Assembly: GCA_964016885.1 (NCBI GenBank)
Contig: OZ024760.1
Location: forward strand, 1,302,001-1,366,000
Source: Eledone cirrhosa
Taxonomy: Eukaryota
Length of the DNA stretch: 64,000 bases
Reading direction: 5' to 3'
Below, piece after piece: positions 14,755 through 27,974 of this stretch (position 1 is the stretch's first letter; each line of letters begins with the position of its first letter). The notes under the pieces are model-generated. The model searched no databases, had not been told where the DNA came from, and saw only the letters and a program-made list of their open reading frames with translations. Made by a program: the position numbers and the translations under genes.

Positions 14755-15000
14755 CATCATCATCATCGTCGTTTAACGTCCATCTTCCACGCTAACGCTA
14801 GCATGGGTTTGGACGGGAGTTTTCCCACTTGAGGCAAGATGGTTGTCTTGCTCGTATAAGACTGTCTGGCGGGTTTTATACGGCTGGATGCCCTTCCTAA
14901 CACCAACCACGTTTACAGTGTGGACTGGGAGGTTTTTACCGTGTTACCTACACGGCCACATTACAGCGTGGACTGTGTGTTTTTTTGTCGTGACACCTAC
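14755..15000 (-). mobile_element. RTE-tailed SINE-like family (ggaagggcatcc motif, (ATG)n tail)
   Basis: Homologous to 49780-50025 (+) and 63330-63600 (-); tail resembles the RTE 3' end at 36900-37040. Confidence 0.75.
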
Positions 15001-15076
15001 ACATATATATATATATAAATATATATATTAAAATAACAGAGTAAAGTTTTATTTTAATAAATATTTGTTCTACGGT

Positions 15077-15116
<40 letters not shown>

Positions 15117-15163
15117 CTTATCGAGCCCTCTTCGGATTTTAGTCTTCACATTTATTATTATTA

Positions 15164-15213
<50 letters not shown>

Positions 15214-15699
15214 TGTAAGCAGGAAACAGGTGTGTTGTTGAGGAGGGGTGGGGTTCTCTATATACCCCAGATGTTTTGAGATATAATGTACACGGGGTCG
15301 ACAGACAATTGGAGGGTCATTGAAATGTTCCCTATATGCCTAGGACGTTTCAAATATATCTAAGATATATGTAGGGATTGTCAACAGGCAACAGGTTGGA
15401 CTAATAAAAGTCCTCTCTGTGATGGGCCTCCATACCTGTTGCTTGCAGACCATGCGACTCAACTGTAGTGTTTTAATTTTGTTTGTGACTGGTATATGTC
15501 ATCAAAGACTATTCTTCTTTTTTTTTTTTTTTTTTTTAAGATTTGATCCGGGCACTCGAATATAAGTGCGTAATTGTTTCTGTGTATATTTAACCATTGT
15601 ACTCGATTATAAGCACCTCGTTGTTTCTATGTATATATTTTACCATTCTACTCGAATATAAGAAATTAGCTGTTTCTATATATATTTTACCATTGCACT

Positions 15700-16365
15700 C
15701 GAATATAAGTACCTCGTTGTTTCTATATATTTTACCATTGTATTTAAATATAAGTAACTTGTTTCTGTATATTTTACCATTGTATTTAAATATAAGTAAC
15801 TTGTTTCTATATATTTTACCATTGTATTTAAATATAAGTAACTTGTTTCTGTATATTTTACCATTGTATTTAAATATAAGTAACTTGTTTCTGTATATTT
15901 TACCATTGTATTTAAATATAAGTAACTTGTTTCTGTATATTTTACCATTGTATTTAAATATAAGTAACTTGTTTCTATATATTTTACCATTGTATTTAAA
16001 TATAAGTAACTTGTTTCTGTATATTTTACCATTGTATTTAAATATAAGTAACTTGTTTCTGTATATTTTACCATTGTATTTAAATATAAGTAACTTGTTT
16101 CTATATATTTTACCATTGTATTTAAATATAAGTAACTTGTTTCTGTATATTTTACCATTGTATTTAAATATAAGTAACTTGTTTCTGTATATTTTACCAT
16201 TGTATTTAAATATAAGTAACTTGTTTCTGTATATTTTACCATTGTATTTAAATATAAGTAACTTGTTTCTGTATATTTTACCATTGTATTTAAATATAAG
16301 TAACTTGTTTCTATATATTTTACCATTGTATTTAAATATAAGTAACTTGTTTCTATATATTTTAC
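15700..16365. repeat. 42-bp minisatellite, about 16 copies
   Basis: Unit TTTACCATTGTATTTAAATATAAGTAACTTGTTTCTRTATAT with degenerate precursors from about 15555. Confidence 0.95.
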
Positions 16366-16392
16366 AACTGTACTGAATTATAGTCTGCTTGA

Positions 16393-16752
16393 TTTGACAG
16401 ATCGTTAGAGCATTGAATAAATTATTTCTTATCTTTGCGTTGTGAGTTCAAACCCCACCGAGGTTAGCTTTGCCTTTCATCCTTACGGGGTCGATAAAAT
16501 CAAGTATTAGTCACGTACTGGAGTCGAGTTAATCGACTGCCCCCTCCCCCAAATTGCTGGCTTTGTGCCTAAATCGGTGGCAGTATCCGTAGAGCGTCAG
16601 AGACTATGCTTTGCAGCATAGGGTTATGGCCCTTTACATTCTGTGTTCAAATCCGCCGAGGTTAACTTTGCCTTTCATCCTTACGGGGTCGATAAAATAA
16701 AACAACAGTAATGCACTGGAGTAATTGCTGGCCTTGTGGCAAAAGTAGAACC
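16393..16752 (+). mobile_element. Two tandem SINE family 1 copies
   Basis: Two B boxes and two bodies, head to tail. Confidence 0.88.
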
Positions 16753-16946
16753 GTTGTTATTACTATTATTGTTTATAGGGAATTCTGTACAATGTAGATG
16801 TATTGTTCACTAACATTTTCCTATGTCGTGTTGTATTTGTTTTGTTTACAGTAATTGCTCTCTCTCTCTCTCTCTTGTAAGTGTAGTATGGTGAAAGATA
16901 CGACTAGAATGTAGTCGTGTTCTTCAATAAAACAAACATGCACGCG

Positions 16947-16981
<35 letters not shown>

Positions 16982-17090
16982 TTACAGACACTTATATGTG
17001 TATACATATGTCATCATCATCATCATTTTATGTCCACTTTCCATGCAATCTTGAATAGAGTATCTATGCATGGATATATATCACACTCTC

Positions 17091-17162
<72 letters not shown>

Positions 17163-17537
17163 TCGCACGTTCTTATGTTCAAATGAATCATTGACCTGGT
17201 TTTCTCATTTTTCCTCTCTTTACGTTGCCTCACCATTCCTGTTTGTTTACCTGTCTCTCTTTCTCCACCCAACTCTTTTTATCCCAATAACTTAATTTAG
17301 TTATTGTATTGCCCTAGCCGGAGGTATATGGTCTGTAATGCGAGGAAATACCTATGATGGCTAATAGACCACTGATGATGGATAGTCCTGGCTTCTATTT
17401 CTAATTCTTTATTATATATATCATTATGCAACAACACAGCTCGCCATTTTTCATTTATATATATATATATATATGTCCCAAGGCTCTGATACCATCAACA
17501 CCATAAACACAGAGCTGGCATATCTAAGAACTGACTA

Positions 17538-17575
17538 ACTGCCTGATGAGGTCATAGCCAAATATATATAGCAGT
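17538..17575 (+). ncRNA. Minimal type I hammerhead (family D), lacking G12
   Basis: actgc-CTGATGA-ggtcatagcc-AAA-tatata-TA-gcagt: 5-bp stem I, palindromic stem III; directly follows a short ORF-end-like segment and precedes (TA)n. Confidence 0.7.
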
Positions 17576-17616
17576 AAATAAAGGATTATGAGTTCATGCA
17601 ATTGACTTATGTTTCG

Positions 17617-17648
<32 letters not shown>

Positions 17649-17651
<3 letters not shown>

Positions 17652-17952
17652 CCAGATTTAGACTTTGTGTAGCCCGGGCCACTTCAGGTTTGGGGGTCCC
17701 GTAATACACAAAAAATTAGTATTTCCCCCCCTCCCAGTATCCCCCCTCCCCCAATTTTATATATAAAAGTCAGCTTGGAACAAGTAATTGGAATTGTAAA
17801 GTTATACATTCAGGTATTAAATTAAAAAGATCTAACCATCCTATAACTCAAAAGCCCAGCTGAGGGCAAAAATAAATTGGTACAGTTGACGCGGGTGGAT
17901 CCCTACACTGTAGGGATACCGGGGAAATTTGCTCCCCATTAAATTCTGCCCC
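17649..17952. mobile_element. Degenerate hAT-like MITE
   Basis: Imperfect termini aggccagattta / taaattctgcccc; no clean TSD. Confidence 0.4.
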
Positions 17953-18140
17953 GTGGCACGTGGCTTAGTGGTAAGAGTGTTGGACTTACGATCATAATTT
18001 CGTGGCTTCGATTCCTGAGTTGCGTGTTGTGCTCCTGAGCAAAACACTTCATTTTTCGCTGTTCCAGTATACTCAGCTGAAAATGAGTACCAGCAATATC
18101 TGGGGGTTTAGCTTTGCGATGGACTGGCGTCCTGTCTTGG
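17953..18140 (+). mobile_element. tRNA-derived SINE family 2, diverged
   Basis: TGGCTTAGTGG A box, TTCGATTCC B box, tgagcaaaacactt body. Confidence 0.8.
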
Positions 18141-18207
18141 CTAAAGACACTTTAGACTTTATATATATATAGAGAATGAGTATAACCGAGTATATATATA
18201 TATATAT

Positions 18208-18264
18208 ATGAGATTCCTGATGATTTCTAATGAATGAAACAGTTCTAGTCCTGTAGAATCTCAT
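18208..18264 (+). ncRNA. Type I hammerhead ribozyme (family A)
   Basis: atgagattc-CTGATGA-t ttc taat gaa t-GAAA-cag ttctagtc ctg-TA-gaatctcat: 9-bp stem I, 4-bp stem III, intact core, U-U at the base of stem II. Confidence 0.85.
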
Positions 18265-18343
18265 CTATATTAAAACTGTTATACTCTGCTATGTATTGAG
18301 TACCTTACTTACTGTGGTTACCTCCGATTCAACCCGGAATAAC
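18208..18343 (+). mobile_element. Penelope-like pLTR / retrozyme fragment, family A
   Basis: Homologues at 20007-20103 (-), 23662-23848 and 33731-33922, all in microsatellites with the same 3' end. Confidence 0.75.
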
Positions 18344-18344
18344 G

Positions 18345-18385
<41 letters not shown>

Positions 18386-18390
18386 ATATG

Positions 18391-18434
<44 letters not shown>

Positions 18435-18481
18435 AATATGTAATGAGTATAACCGAGTATATATATATATATGTGTGTGTA

Positions 18482-18513
<32 letters not shown>

Positions 18514-18619
18514 AATATGTAATGAGTATAACCGAGTATATATATATATATATGTGTGTGTATATATAAATATGTAATGAGTATAACCGAGTATATATAT
18601 ATATGTGTGTGTATATATG

Positions 18620-18661
<42 letters not shown>

Positions 18662-18686
18662 TAAATATGTAATGAGTATAACCGAG

Positions 18687-18718
<32 letters not shown>

Positions 18719-18733
18719 ATGAGTATAACCGAG

Positions 18734-18764
<31 letters not shown>

Positions 18765-18950
18765 CTATATATACAGACATATACGCAGACGACAAACATG
18801 TATGCATGGATGTGTATATATAAACACGTATTTATAAACACCCTCTCACAGAAAGCCCGTATGTTGTGTGTGTGAGTGTGTGTGTGTGTGTGTGTGAATG
18901 TGGACGTTTGTATGTATATGTCATTAAGTGGTATGTTGTATTAACAGCTG

Positions 18951-18984
<34 letters not shown>

Positions 18985-19460
18985 TTAAGGGGGCATGAAG
19001 GGGAGGAGTGTGAGGGAATATACTGGGAGACTGTTGCAGAGAAGGGACAAATATCTGGGAGACTGGAATGTCGTGGTGGTGGTGGTGTTGGTGGATGAGG
19101 TGGTGTGGTGGTGTTGGTGGATGAGGTGGTGGTGGTGGTGTTGGTGTTGGTGGATGAGGTGGTGTGGTGGTGGTGGTGTTGGTGGATGAGGTGGTGGTGG
19201 TGGTGTTGGTGTTGGTGGATGAGGTGGTGTGGTGGTGGTGGTGTTGGTGGATGAGGTGGTGTGGTTGTGGTGTTGGTGGTGGTGGCGAAGTGTTGGGGTT
19301 ATGATGGTGGTGGTTGTGGAATATATATACTATATACTACATGGCTGAATGAGTGTTTCTATGGCAACAGATCATCACCACCACGGCCACCATCATCACA
19401 CCATCGCCGCCGCCGCCATCACTGCTATCGTCGTTGCCATCATCATCATCATCATTTGGA

Positions 19461-19978
19461 CTGGCAGTATCGAGTTACGCCCTTTTACGGTATAGAATCA
19501 CCCCCCCCCCCCCCCACTCTCCGCCCTTTAGGGTCTGGGTTCAATTCCCGCCGAGGTTAAAACTTTGTCTTTCATCCTTTACAGCGGGGGTCGATATAAT
19601 AAAGTACCAGTAATACACTGGGGTAATTGCTGGCCTTGTGCCAAAAGTAGAAACAGTTATTACCACCAGCGTCATTATCATCCTGCCACGGTTAGCTACG
19701 CCTTTCATCCCTTACGGCGGGGTCGATAAATAAAGTACCAGTCACGTACTGGGGTCGGTGTAATTGTCTTTCCCCCTCTCCCTCCTCAAATTGCTGGCCT
19801 TGCACCTAAATCAGAAACCATTATTACCCTCCTAAGCATAGAGTTACGCCCCTTTATGGTCTGGGTTCAAATCCCGCCGAGGTTAACTTTGCCTTTCATC
19901 CTTGCGGGGATCGATAAAATAAAGTACCAGTAATATACTGGGGTAATTGCTGGCCTTGTGCCAATAGTAGAAACAATT
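19461..19978 (+). mobile_element. Three tandem SINE family 1 copies
   Basis: Body and tail repeated at 19461-19660, 19688-19822 and 19834-19978. Confidence 0.88.
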
Positions 19979-20123
19979 ATATATATATATGTGGGTGGGT
20001 GTGTGTATCCCAGGCTCAATCGGGGGGCAACCACACTAAGTAAATATTTAGTATAGAAATGGCTTCTACAGGACTAGAACTGTTCCATTCGAAGGAAATC
20101 ATAACACGCACAATACACACGTG

Positions 20124-20167
<44 letters not shown>

Positions 20168-20168
<1 letters not shown>

Positions 20169-20698
20169 GGCTATTTCTGGACCCAGAGTCCAGAAATAGC
20201 CGTCGAAATGACTTGAGCTCTGCCGTCGGGGTCATACTTTTTCCTATTTCCCACTCTACTACCCTAAGTATTGAGTACTCTGGTGCGTTATGGCCCATCT
20301 GGCTCCTTACCATACATATATATATAACAAAGGACAAAGAGGGTGTGGTAAGATACCAGGTGGACCATAACGCAGCAGAGTACTCACTCAACACTTAGGG
20401 TAGTAGAGTGGGTAATATGAAAAGAGTAAGGACCCCGACGGCTGAGCTCCGGCCGTTTCGACAGCTAGTTCGGATCTAGCCGCCAAAACGGCAGGAGCTC
20501 AGCCCAGCGCCGTCTTAACAGCATTATAGGCCCCCGGGCAAAGCAGAGCACTGGGGCCCCTACCTACACAACCACTCACAGGAATAAAAATACAAATGGG
20601 ACCCCTATCACGTGCCCCCCCCCCCCGGGCAACTGCCCAGCGTGCCCATGCGTTAAGACGGCCCTGGCTCAGCCATCGGGGCCCTGACTCTTTTCCTA
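20168..20698. mobile_element. Two family B elements tail to tail; the second is interrupted by a hAT MITE
   Basis: 20168-20312 (+) and 20326-20698 (-, fold-back), separated by short (TA)n. Confidence 0.82.
20505..20666. mobile_element. hAT-superfamily MITE (162 bp)
   Basis: TIRs CAGCGCCGTCTTAAC / GTTAAGACGGCCCTG; perfect 8-bp TSD GCTCAGCC (20497-20504, 20667-20674). Confidence 0.92.
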
Positions 20699-21111
20699 TA
20701 TATATATATATATAGGAATATATATAACCGCTACCACCACCAACACCATGACACTCCAGCACCACCACACCCTCCCCTCTCTCTCTCTCTCCATATATAT
20801 ATATGGAGAGAGAGAGAGCGAGGGGAGATGGTGAGAAGGGGGTGAGAGCGAGATCATAAATCCAGCACCACCCTTCAACCACCCATCCACCCGTCCGTCC
20901 ACTCAATCGTGCGTTCGTCCAAACACCCAACCAACCATTTACCCGTCCGTCCATCCATCCGTACAACCAGCCAGCCAACCCACCAACCCACCAACCCACC
21001 AACCATCCACCCGTTCTACCCTCCCTCCACCGATCTGTCTGTCTGTCCACCCAGTCATGTTCAGAAGAACTACATGATGACGATGGTGATAGTGATGGAA
21101 ATGGGGGACAA

Positions 21112-21410
21112 TAATTGTTTCTACTTTTGGCACAAGGCCAGCAATTATATCAGTGTATTACTGGTACTTTAACTATGCTGCAAAGCATGGCGTCCGGCCC
21201 TCTGCCGATACTGCCAATCATATATATATAATTGTTTCTACTTTTGGCACAAGGCCAGCAATTATACCAGTGTATTACTGGTACTTTATTTTATCGACCC
21301 CGTAAGGATAAAAGGCAAAGTTAACCTCGGCGGGATTTGAACTCAGGTCATAAAGGGACGTAACTATATGCTTCAAAGCATGGCATCCGACTCATTACCG
21401 ATACTGCCAT
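21112..21410 (-). mobile_element. Two SINE family 1 copies, the first internally deleted
   Basis: Reverse complement of consensus; head of the second runs into the 29-bp array. Confidence 0.88.
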
Positions 21411-22915
21411 GGCATCCGACCCTCCACCGACACTGCCATGGCATCCGACCCTCCACCGATACCGCCATGGCATCCGACCCTCTACCGATACCGCCATGGC
21501 ATCCGACCCTCCACCGATACAGCCATGGCATCCGACCCTCCACCGATACCGCCATGGCATCCGACCCTCCACCGATACCGCCATGGCATCCGACCCTCCA
21601 CCGATACAGCCATGGCATCCGACCCTCCACCGATACCGCCATGGCATCCGACCCTCTACCGATACCGCCATGGCATCCGACCCTCCACCGATACCGCCAT
21701 GGCATCCGACCCTCCACCGATACAGCCATGGCATCCGACCCTCCACCGATACCGCCATGGCATCCGACCCTCCACCGATACTGCCATGGCATCCGACTCA
21801 CCACCGATACTGCCATGGCATCCGACCCTCCACCGATACCGCCATGGCATCCGACTCACCACCGATACTGCCATGGCATCCGACCCTCCACCGATACCGC
21901 CATGGCATCCGACCCTCCACCGATACCGCCATGGCATCCGACCCTCCACCGATACTGCCATGGCATCCGACTCACCACCGATACTGCCATGGCATCCGAC
22001 CCTCCACCGATACCGCCATGGCATCCGACTCACCACCGATACTGCCATGGCATCCGACCCTCCACCGATACCGCCATGGCATCCGACCCTCCACCGATAC
22101 CGCCATGGCATCCGACTCACCACCGATACTGCCATGGCATCCGACCCTCCACCGATACTGCCATGGCATCCGACCCTCCACCGATACCGCCATGGCATCC
22201 GACCCTCCACCGATACTGCCATGGCATCCACCCTCCACCGATACAGCCATGGCATCCGACCCACTACCGATACTGCCATGGCATCCGACCCTCCACCGAT
22301 ACCGCCATGGCATCCGACCCTCCACCGATACCGCCATGGCATCCGACTCACCACCGATACTGCCATGGCATCCGACCCTCCACCGATACCGCCATGGCAT
22401 CCGACTCACCACCGATACTGCCATGGCATCCGACCCTCCACCGATACCGCCATGGCATCCGACTCACCACCGATACTGCCATGGCATCCGACCCTCCACC
22501 GATACCGCCATGGCATCCGACCCTCCACCGATACCGCCATGGCATCCGACTCACCACCGATACTGCCATGGCATCCGACCCTCCACCGATACTGCCATGG
22601 CATCCGACCCTCCACCGATACCGCCATGGCATCCGACCCTCCACCGATACCGCCATGGCATCCGACTTACCACCGATACTGCCATGGCATCCGACCCTCC
22701 ACCGATACTGCCATGGCATCCGACTCACCACCGATACTGCCATGGCATCCGACCCTCCACCGATACTGCCATGGCATCCACCCTCCACCGATACAGCCAT
22801 GGCATCCGACCCACTACCGATACTGCCATGGCATCCGACCCTCCACCGATACCGCCATGGCATCCGACCCTCCACCGATACCGCCATGGCATCCGACCCT
22901 CCACCGATACCGCCA
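21380..22915. repeat. 29-bp GC-rich minisatellite derived from the SINE head, about 53 copies
   Basis: Unit GCCATGGCATCCGACCCTCCACCGATACY is the reverse complement of SINE 5' ggcagtatcggtagagggtcggacgccat. Confidence 0.95.
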
Positions 22916-23080
22916 ATCCACCGCCAATCATATATAATATGTAGTGGTTAGCTTGAAGCATCGTGGAATATGAAAGTGAATTCCCTTTCCGACTTGTTGC
23001 CTTGGTAATTATAACCTACTTGCATTATACAGCTTCCTACACACACACACACACACACATATTTGTGTCGGTGTGTGTGC

Positions 23081-23131
<51 letters not shown>

Positions 23132-23190
23132 CATTGTACACATGCACACACACACATATATACATAGGCACACACACACACATATATTAG

Positions 23191-23317
<127 letters not shown>

Positions 23318-23331
23318 ATATATATATATAC

Positions 23332-23447
<116 letters not shown>

Positions 23448-23479
23448 TTTAAACGCGAGTTTTTAATTGTTGCTTCATT

Positions 23480-23559
<80 letters not shown>

Positions 23560-23661
23560 CAAATGAAGCAACAATTAAAAACTCGCGTTTAAAACACACT
23601 CTCTTGTGTATTCCCCTCTCTATATCATATATATCATATCTATATATATTATATTTAATGA

Positions 23662-23844
23662 AGAAATGGCTTCTACAGAACTAGAACTGTTTCATTCTAA
23701 GGAAATCATCAGGAAAGCTTTCCTGGTGATTTCCTTCCAATGAAACAGTTCTAGTTCTGTAGAAGCCATTTCTCTACTTAATATTTATACTCTGCTATGT
23801 ATTGAGTACCTTACTTTCTGTGGTTGCCCCCGATTGAACCCAGG

Positions 23845-23848
<4 letters not shown>
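23662..23848. mobile_element. Family A hammerhead element with fold-back palindrome (23662-23773)
   Basis: Palindrome centred on AAG|CTT (23717/8); left arm keeps CTGATGA...GAAA on the minus strand, right arm has CTGGTGA. Confidence 0.82.
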
Positions 23849-23925
<77 letters not shown>

Positions 23926-24071
23926 CACACATACGGAGTTTGTCTGTAGTGAGTGTGCTGTGTCAGTCATCAGTCAATAGAGAAGTTCTTACAGACAGTT
24001 CAATGTCTGACTGGATACAACAACTAATGTTGATTCTGAATCAGCAGGCATGGACCAACAAACATGGTAGT

Positions 24072-26025
24072 ACACACTGACACATACACACTGACACATA
24101 CACACTGACACATACACACTGACACATACACACTGACACATACACACTGACACATACACACTAACACATACACACTAACACATACACACTAACACATACA
24201 CACTAACACATACACACTAACACATACACTGACACATACACACTGACACATACACACTAACACATACACACTGACACATACACACTAACACATACACACT
24301 GACACATACACACTGACACATACACACTGACACATACACACTGACACATACACACTGACACATACACACTAACACATACACACTGACACATACACACTAA
24401 CACATACACACTAACACATACACACTGACACATACACACTAACACATACACACTGACACATACACACTAACACATACACTGACACATACACACTAACACA
24501 TACACTGACACATACACACTAACACATACACACTGACACATACACACTAACACATACACACTGACACATACACACTAACACATACACACTGACACATACA
24601 CTAACACATACACACTGACACATGCACACTAACACATACACACTAACACATACACACTGACACATACACACTAACACATACACACTGACACATACACACT
24701 AACACATACACTGACACATACACACTAACACATACACTGACACATACACACTAACACATACACACTGACATACACACTGACACATACACACTAACACATA
24801 CACACTGACACATACACACTAACACATACACACTGACACATACACACTGACACATACACACTGACACATACACTAACACATACACACTGACACATACACA
24901 CTAACACATACACACTGACACATACACACTAACACATACACACTAACACATACACACTGACACATACACTAACATATACACACTGACACATACACACTAA
25001 CACATACACACTGACACATACACACTAACATATACACACTAACATATACACACTAACACATACACACTGACACATACACACTGACACATACACACTGACA
25101 CATACACACTAACATATACACACTAACATATACACACTAACACATACACACTAACACATACACACTAACATATACACACTGACACATACACACTAACACA
25201 TACACATACACACTGACACATACACACTGACACATACACACTGACACATACACTGACACATACACACTAACACATACACACTGACACATACACACTAACA
25301 CATACACACTAACATATACACACTAACACATACACACTAACACATACACACTGACACATACACACTGACACATACACACTAACACATACACTAACACATA
25401 CACACTAACATATACACACTGACACATACACACTGACACATACACTAACACATACACAATAACATATACACACTGACACATACACACTAACACATACACA
25501 CTAACACATATACACACTGACACATACACACTAACACATACACACTAACACATACACACTGACACATACACACTAACACATACACACTGACACATACACA
25601 CTAACACATACACACTGACACATACACACTAACACATACACACTGACACATACACACTAACACATACACACTGACACATACACACTAACACATACACACT
25701 GACACATACACACTAACACATACACACTAACATATACACACTGACACATACACTAACACATACACACTGACACATACACACTAACACATACACACTGACA
25801 CATACACACTAACACATACACACTGACACATACACACTAACACATACACACTGACACATACACACTAACACATACACACTGACACATACACACTAACACA
25901 TACACACTGACACATACACACTAACACATACACACTAACACATACACACTAACATATACACACTGACACATACACTAACACATACACACTGACACATACA
26001 CTAACACATACACACTGACACATAC
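24072..26025. repeat. 12-bp minisatellite (ACACTRACACAT)n
   Basis: Direct reading, with 10-bp variants. Confidence 0.95.
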
Positions 26026-26196
26026 ACGCACGCATGCTAACACTAACATGTACACTCTAATATATAGCTAGGTACACTCCCACACACACCTCTATCTCCA
26101 TCCTTATCACACTATATTTTCTCCCGCTTTCTCTCATATATTTATATATATGTATATGTGTGTGTGTTATATTAGATATAAATATATATAACATCC

Positions 26197-26241
<45 letters not shown>

Positions 26242-26245
<4 letters not shown>

Positions 26246-26625
26246 AATGTCAATTCTGGATGTCGGTGAGCATGTCCAGCCAACCTCAGTCTCCTCTGTG
26301 TCACTTTTGAGCTGACTTTTGGGAGGCTCCCATACAGCTCTGAGTTTTTCATCCTCAGTGTATACTGATTAATTTTCAGAGCCATTCTCAGCATTCTCGT
26401 GTAGCACCCATCCACCATCTGAGTGAGTCTCTTGGTCAGTGCTCCTTTGGGAGCCCCTACATGGACACACTGGAAGAGGAAGACCAAGGTTAACATATGT
26501 TGATGCCCTAAGGACAGACACTGGTCTGTTGGAGACGCAGGACGTGGCAGCGATAATGAGGGACAGAGACCGCTGGAGAGAACTCGTCCATGGATCTCGG
26601 GAATTTTACCCGCCTTAGATTGATA
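26242..26625. mobile_element. RTE-clade LINE 3' fragment with 5' inversion
   Basis: Minus 26439-26242 encodes DGCYTRMLR...RRLRLAGHAHRHPELTLH; plus 26436-26618 continues SVLLWEPLHG..GRGRPRLTYVD...DRDRWR; collinear copy at 55687. Confidence 0.9.
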
Positions 26626-26741
26626 GATATATATGTGTGTGTTATATTAGATATAAATATATATAACATCCATATTATATATATATTTATATATATATAT
26701 GTGTGTGTGTGTTATATTAGATATAAATATATATAACATCC

Positions 26742-26790
<49 letters not shown>

Positions 26791-26798
26791 TATATATG

Positions 26799-26846
<48 letters not shown>

Positions 26847-26934
26847 AGGAGGTGAGTTTTATTGTAGTACAATAAAGCAATGCAGATATCGGATAAGAAG
26901 CACTCTACAGTTTGTAGGACTGGAGTATAAATAA

Positions 26935-27242
26935 TATATAAGATCAAAAGATGGTTAAAAGAGTTCCATGTATTTTATTAGGCGCATTTCAAAAAGAAAT
27001 ATCATCATGCAATAACATTTGCGTTTTCGTCAGATAAAATAGGGAGACATGATATGAAGGTTAATATATGATGATTTAAAGATATGTTAATTTAAAACTG
27101 CACTATTCACAAGGTGTGTTTTAACCTTCATATCATGTCTCCCTATTTTATCTGACGAAAACGCAAATGTTATTGCATGATGATATTTGTTTTTGAAATG
27201 CGCATAATAAAATACATGGAACTCATTTAACCATCTTTTGAT

Positions 27243-27250
<8 letters not shown>
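26935..27250. mobile_element. Family C hammerhead element, inverted repeat (130-bp arms, 56-bp spacer)
   Basis: 26935-27064 vs 27121-27250 with few mismatches; single copy at 33491-33640. Confidence 0.85.
27144..27214 (+). ncRNA. Type I hammerhead ribozyme (family C)
   Basis: tattttat-CTGACGA-long stem II (caaatgtta/tgatatttg)-GAAA-tgcgca-TA-ataaaata: perfect 8-bp stem I, palindromic stem III ATGCGCAT. Confidence 0.88.
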
Positions 27251-27318
<68 letters not shown>

Positions 27319-27382
27319 TGGTAGAACACTGGAAGGTAATATCCGTAGTGGTAGAGCACTCAGTCCATGGGACGAGTTAGGT

Positions 27383-27537
27383 AGAAGTGGTTACACAACA
27401 GTTAGCTCACCATACCGAGAACAATTGTTTCACCTCAGCGGATCCTCAGCTGGGAATGGGCATGGTTATAGGAACAGGAAGGACCATGTCCATTCCGAGC
27501 TGAGGATCCGGTATGGTGAACTAACTGTTGTGTAACC

Positions 27538-27543
<6 letters not shown>
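27383..27543. mobile_element. Family F fold-back element
   Basis: Arms agaagtggttacacaacag... / ...ctgttgtgtaaccacttct; right arm lacks about 23 bp. Confidence 0.8.
27415..27454 (-). ncRNA. Minimal type I hammerhead (family F)
   Basis: Minus cccag-CTGAGGA-t cc gctga gg t-GAAA-caattg-TT-ctcgg; the opposite arm reads ccgag-CTGAGGA, which gives a perfect stem I. Confidence 0.78.
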
Positions 27544-27613
<70 letters not shown>

Positions 27614-27614
<1 letters not shown>

Positions 27615-27797
27615 GGAACAAGTAAGACGGCTGAGCTCAAGCCGTTTCGACGGCTAATTCTGGATTGAATTAGCCGTCGAAACGGCTTGAGCTCAGCCGT
27701 CGGGGTCTTACTTGTTCCTATTACCCACTCTACTACCCTAAGTATTGAGTACTTTGGTGCGTTATGGTCCACCTGGTTCCTTACCACATTTCCTTCG

Positions 27798-27800
<3 letters not shown>
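27614..27800 (+). mobile_element. Family B element with fold-back
   Basis: tagccgtc-GAAA-cggct tgagctc agccg-TC-ggggtc...ttccttcgtt(TA)n, preceded by its inverted copy. Confidence 0.85.
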
Positions 27801-27830
<30 letters not shown>

Positions 27831-27974
27831 TATATAAATATATATATAGAGAGATATATATAGATATATAAATATAGATATATAAATATATATATAGATA
27901 GATATAAATATATATATATATATATTTATATATATTTATATATATATATTTATAAATATATATATATATATATA

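Noticed and set aside
21380-22915. CRISPR-like 29-bp repeats and 500-aa ORFs
   Set aside because: No spacers, no cas genes, eukaryotic context; open in all frames because the unit lacks stops.
23935-24068. Possible exon on either strand (MSDWIQQL... or MTDTAHSLQTNS)
   Set aside because: Weak splice sites and conflicting strands.
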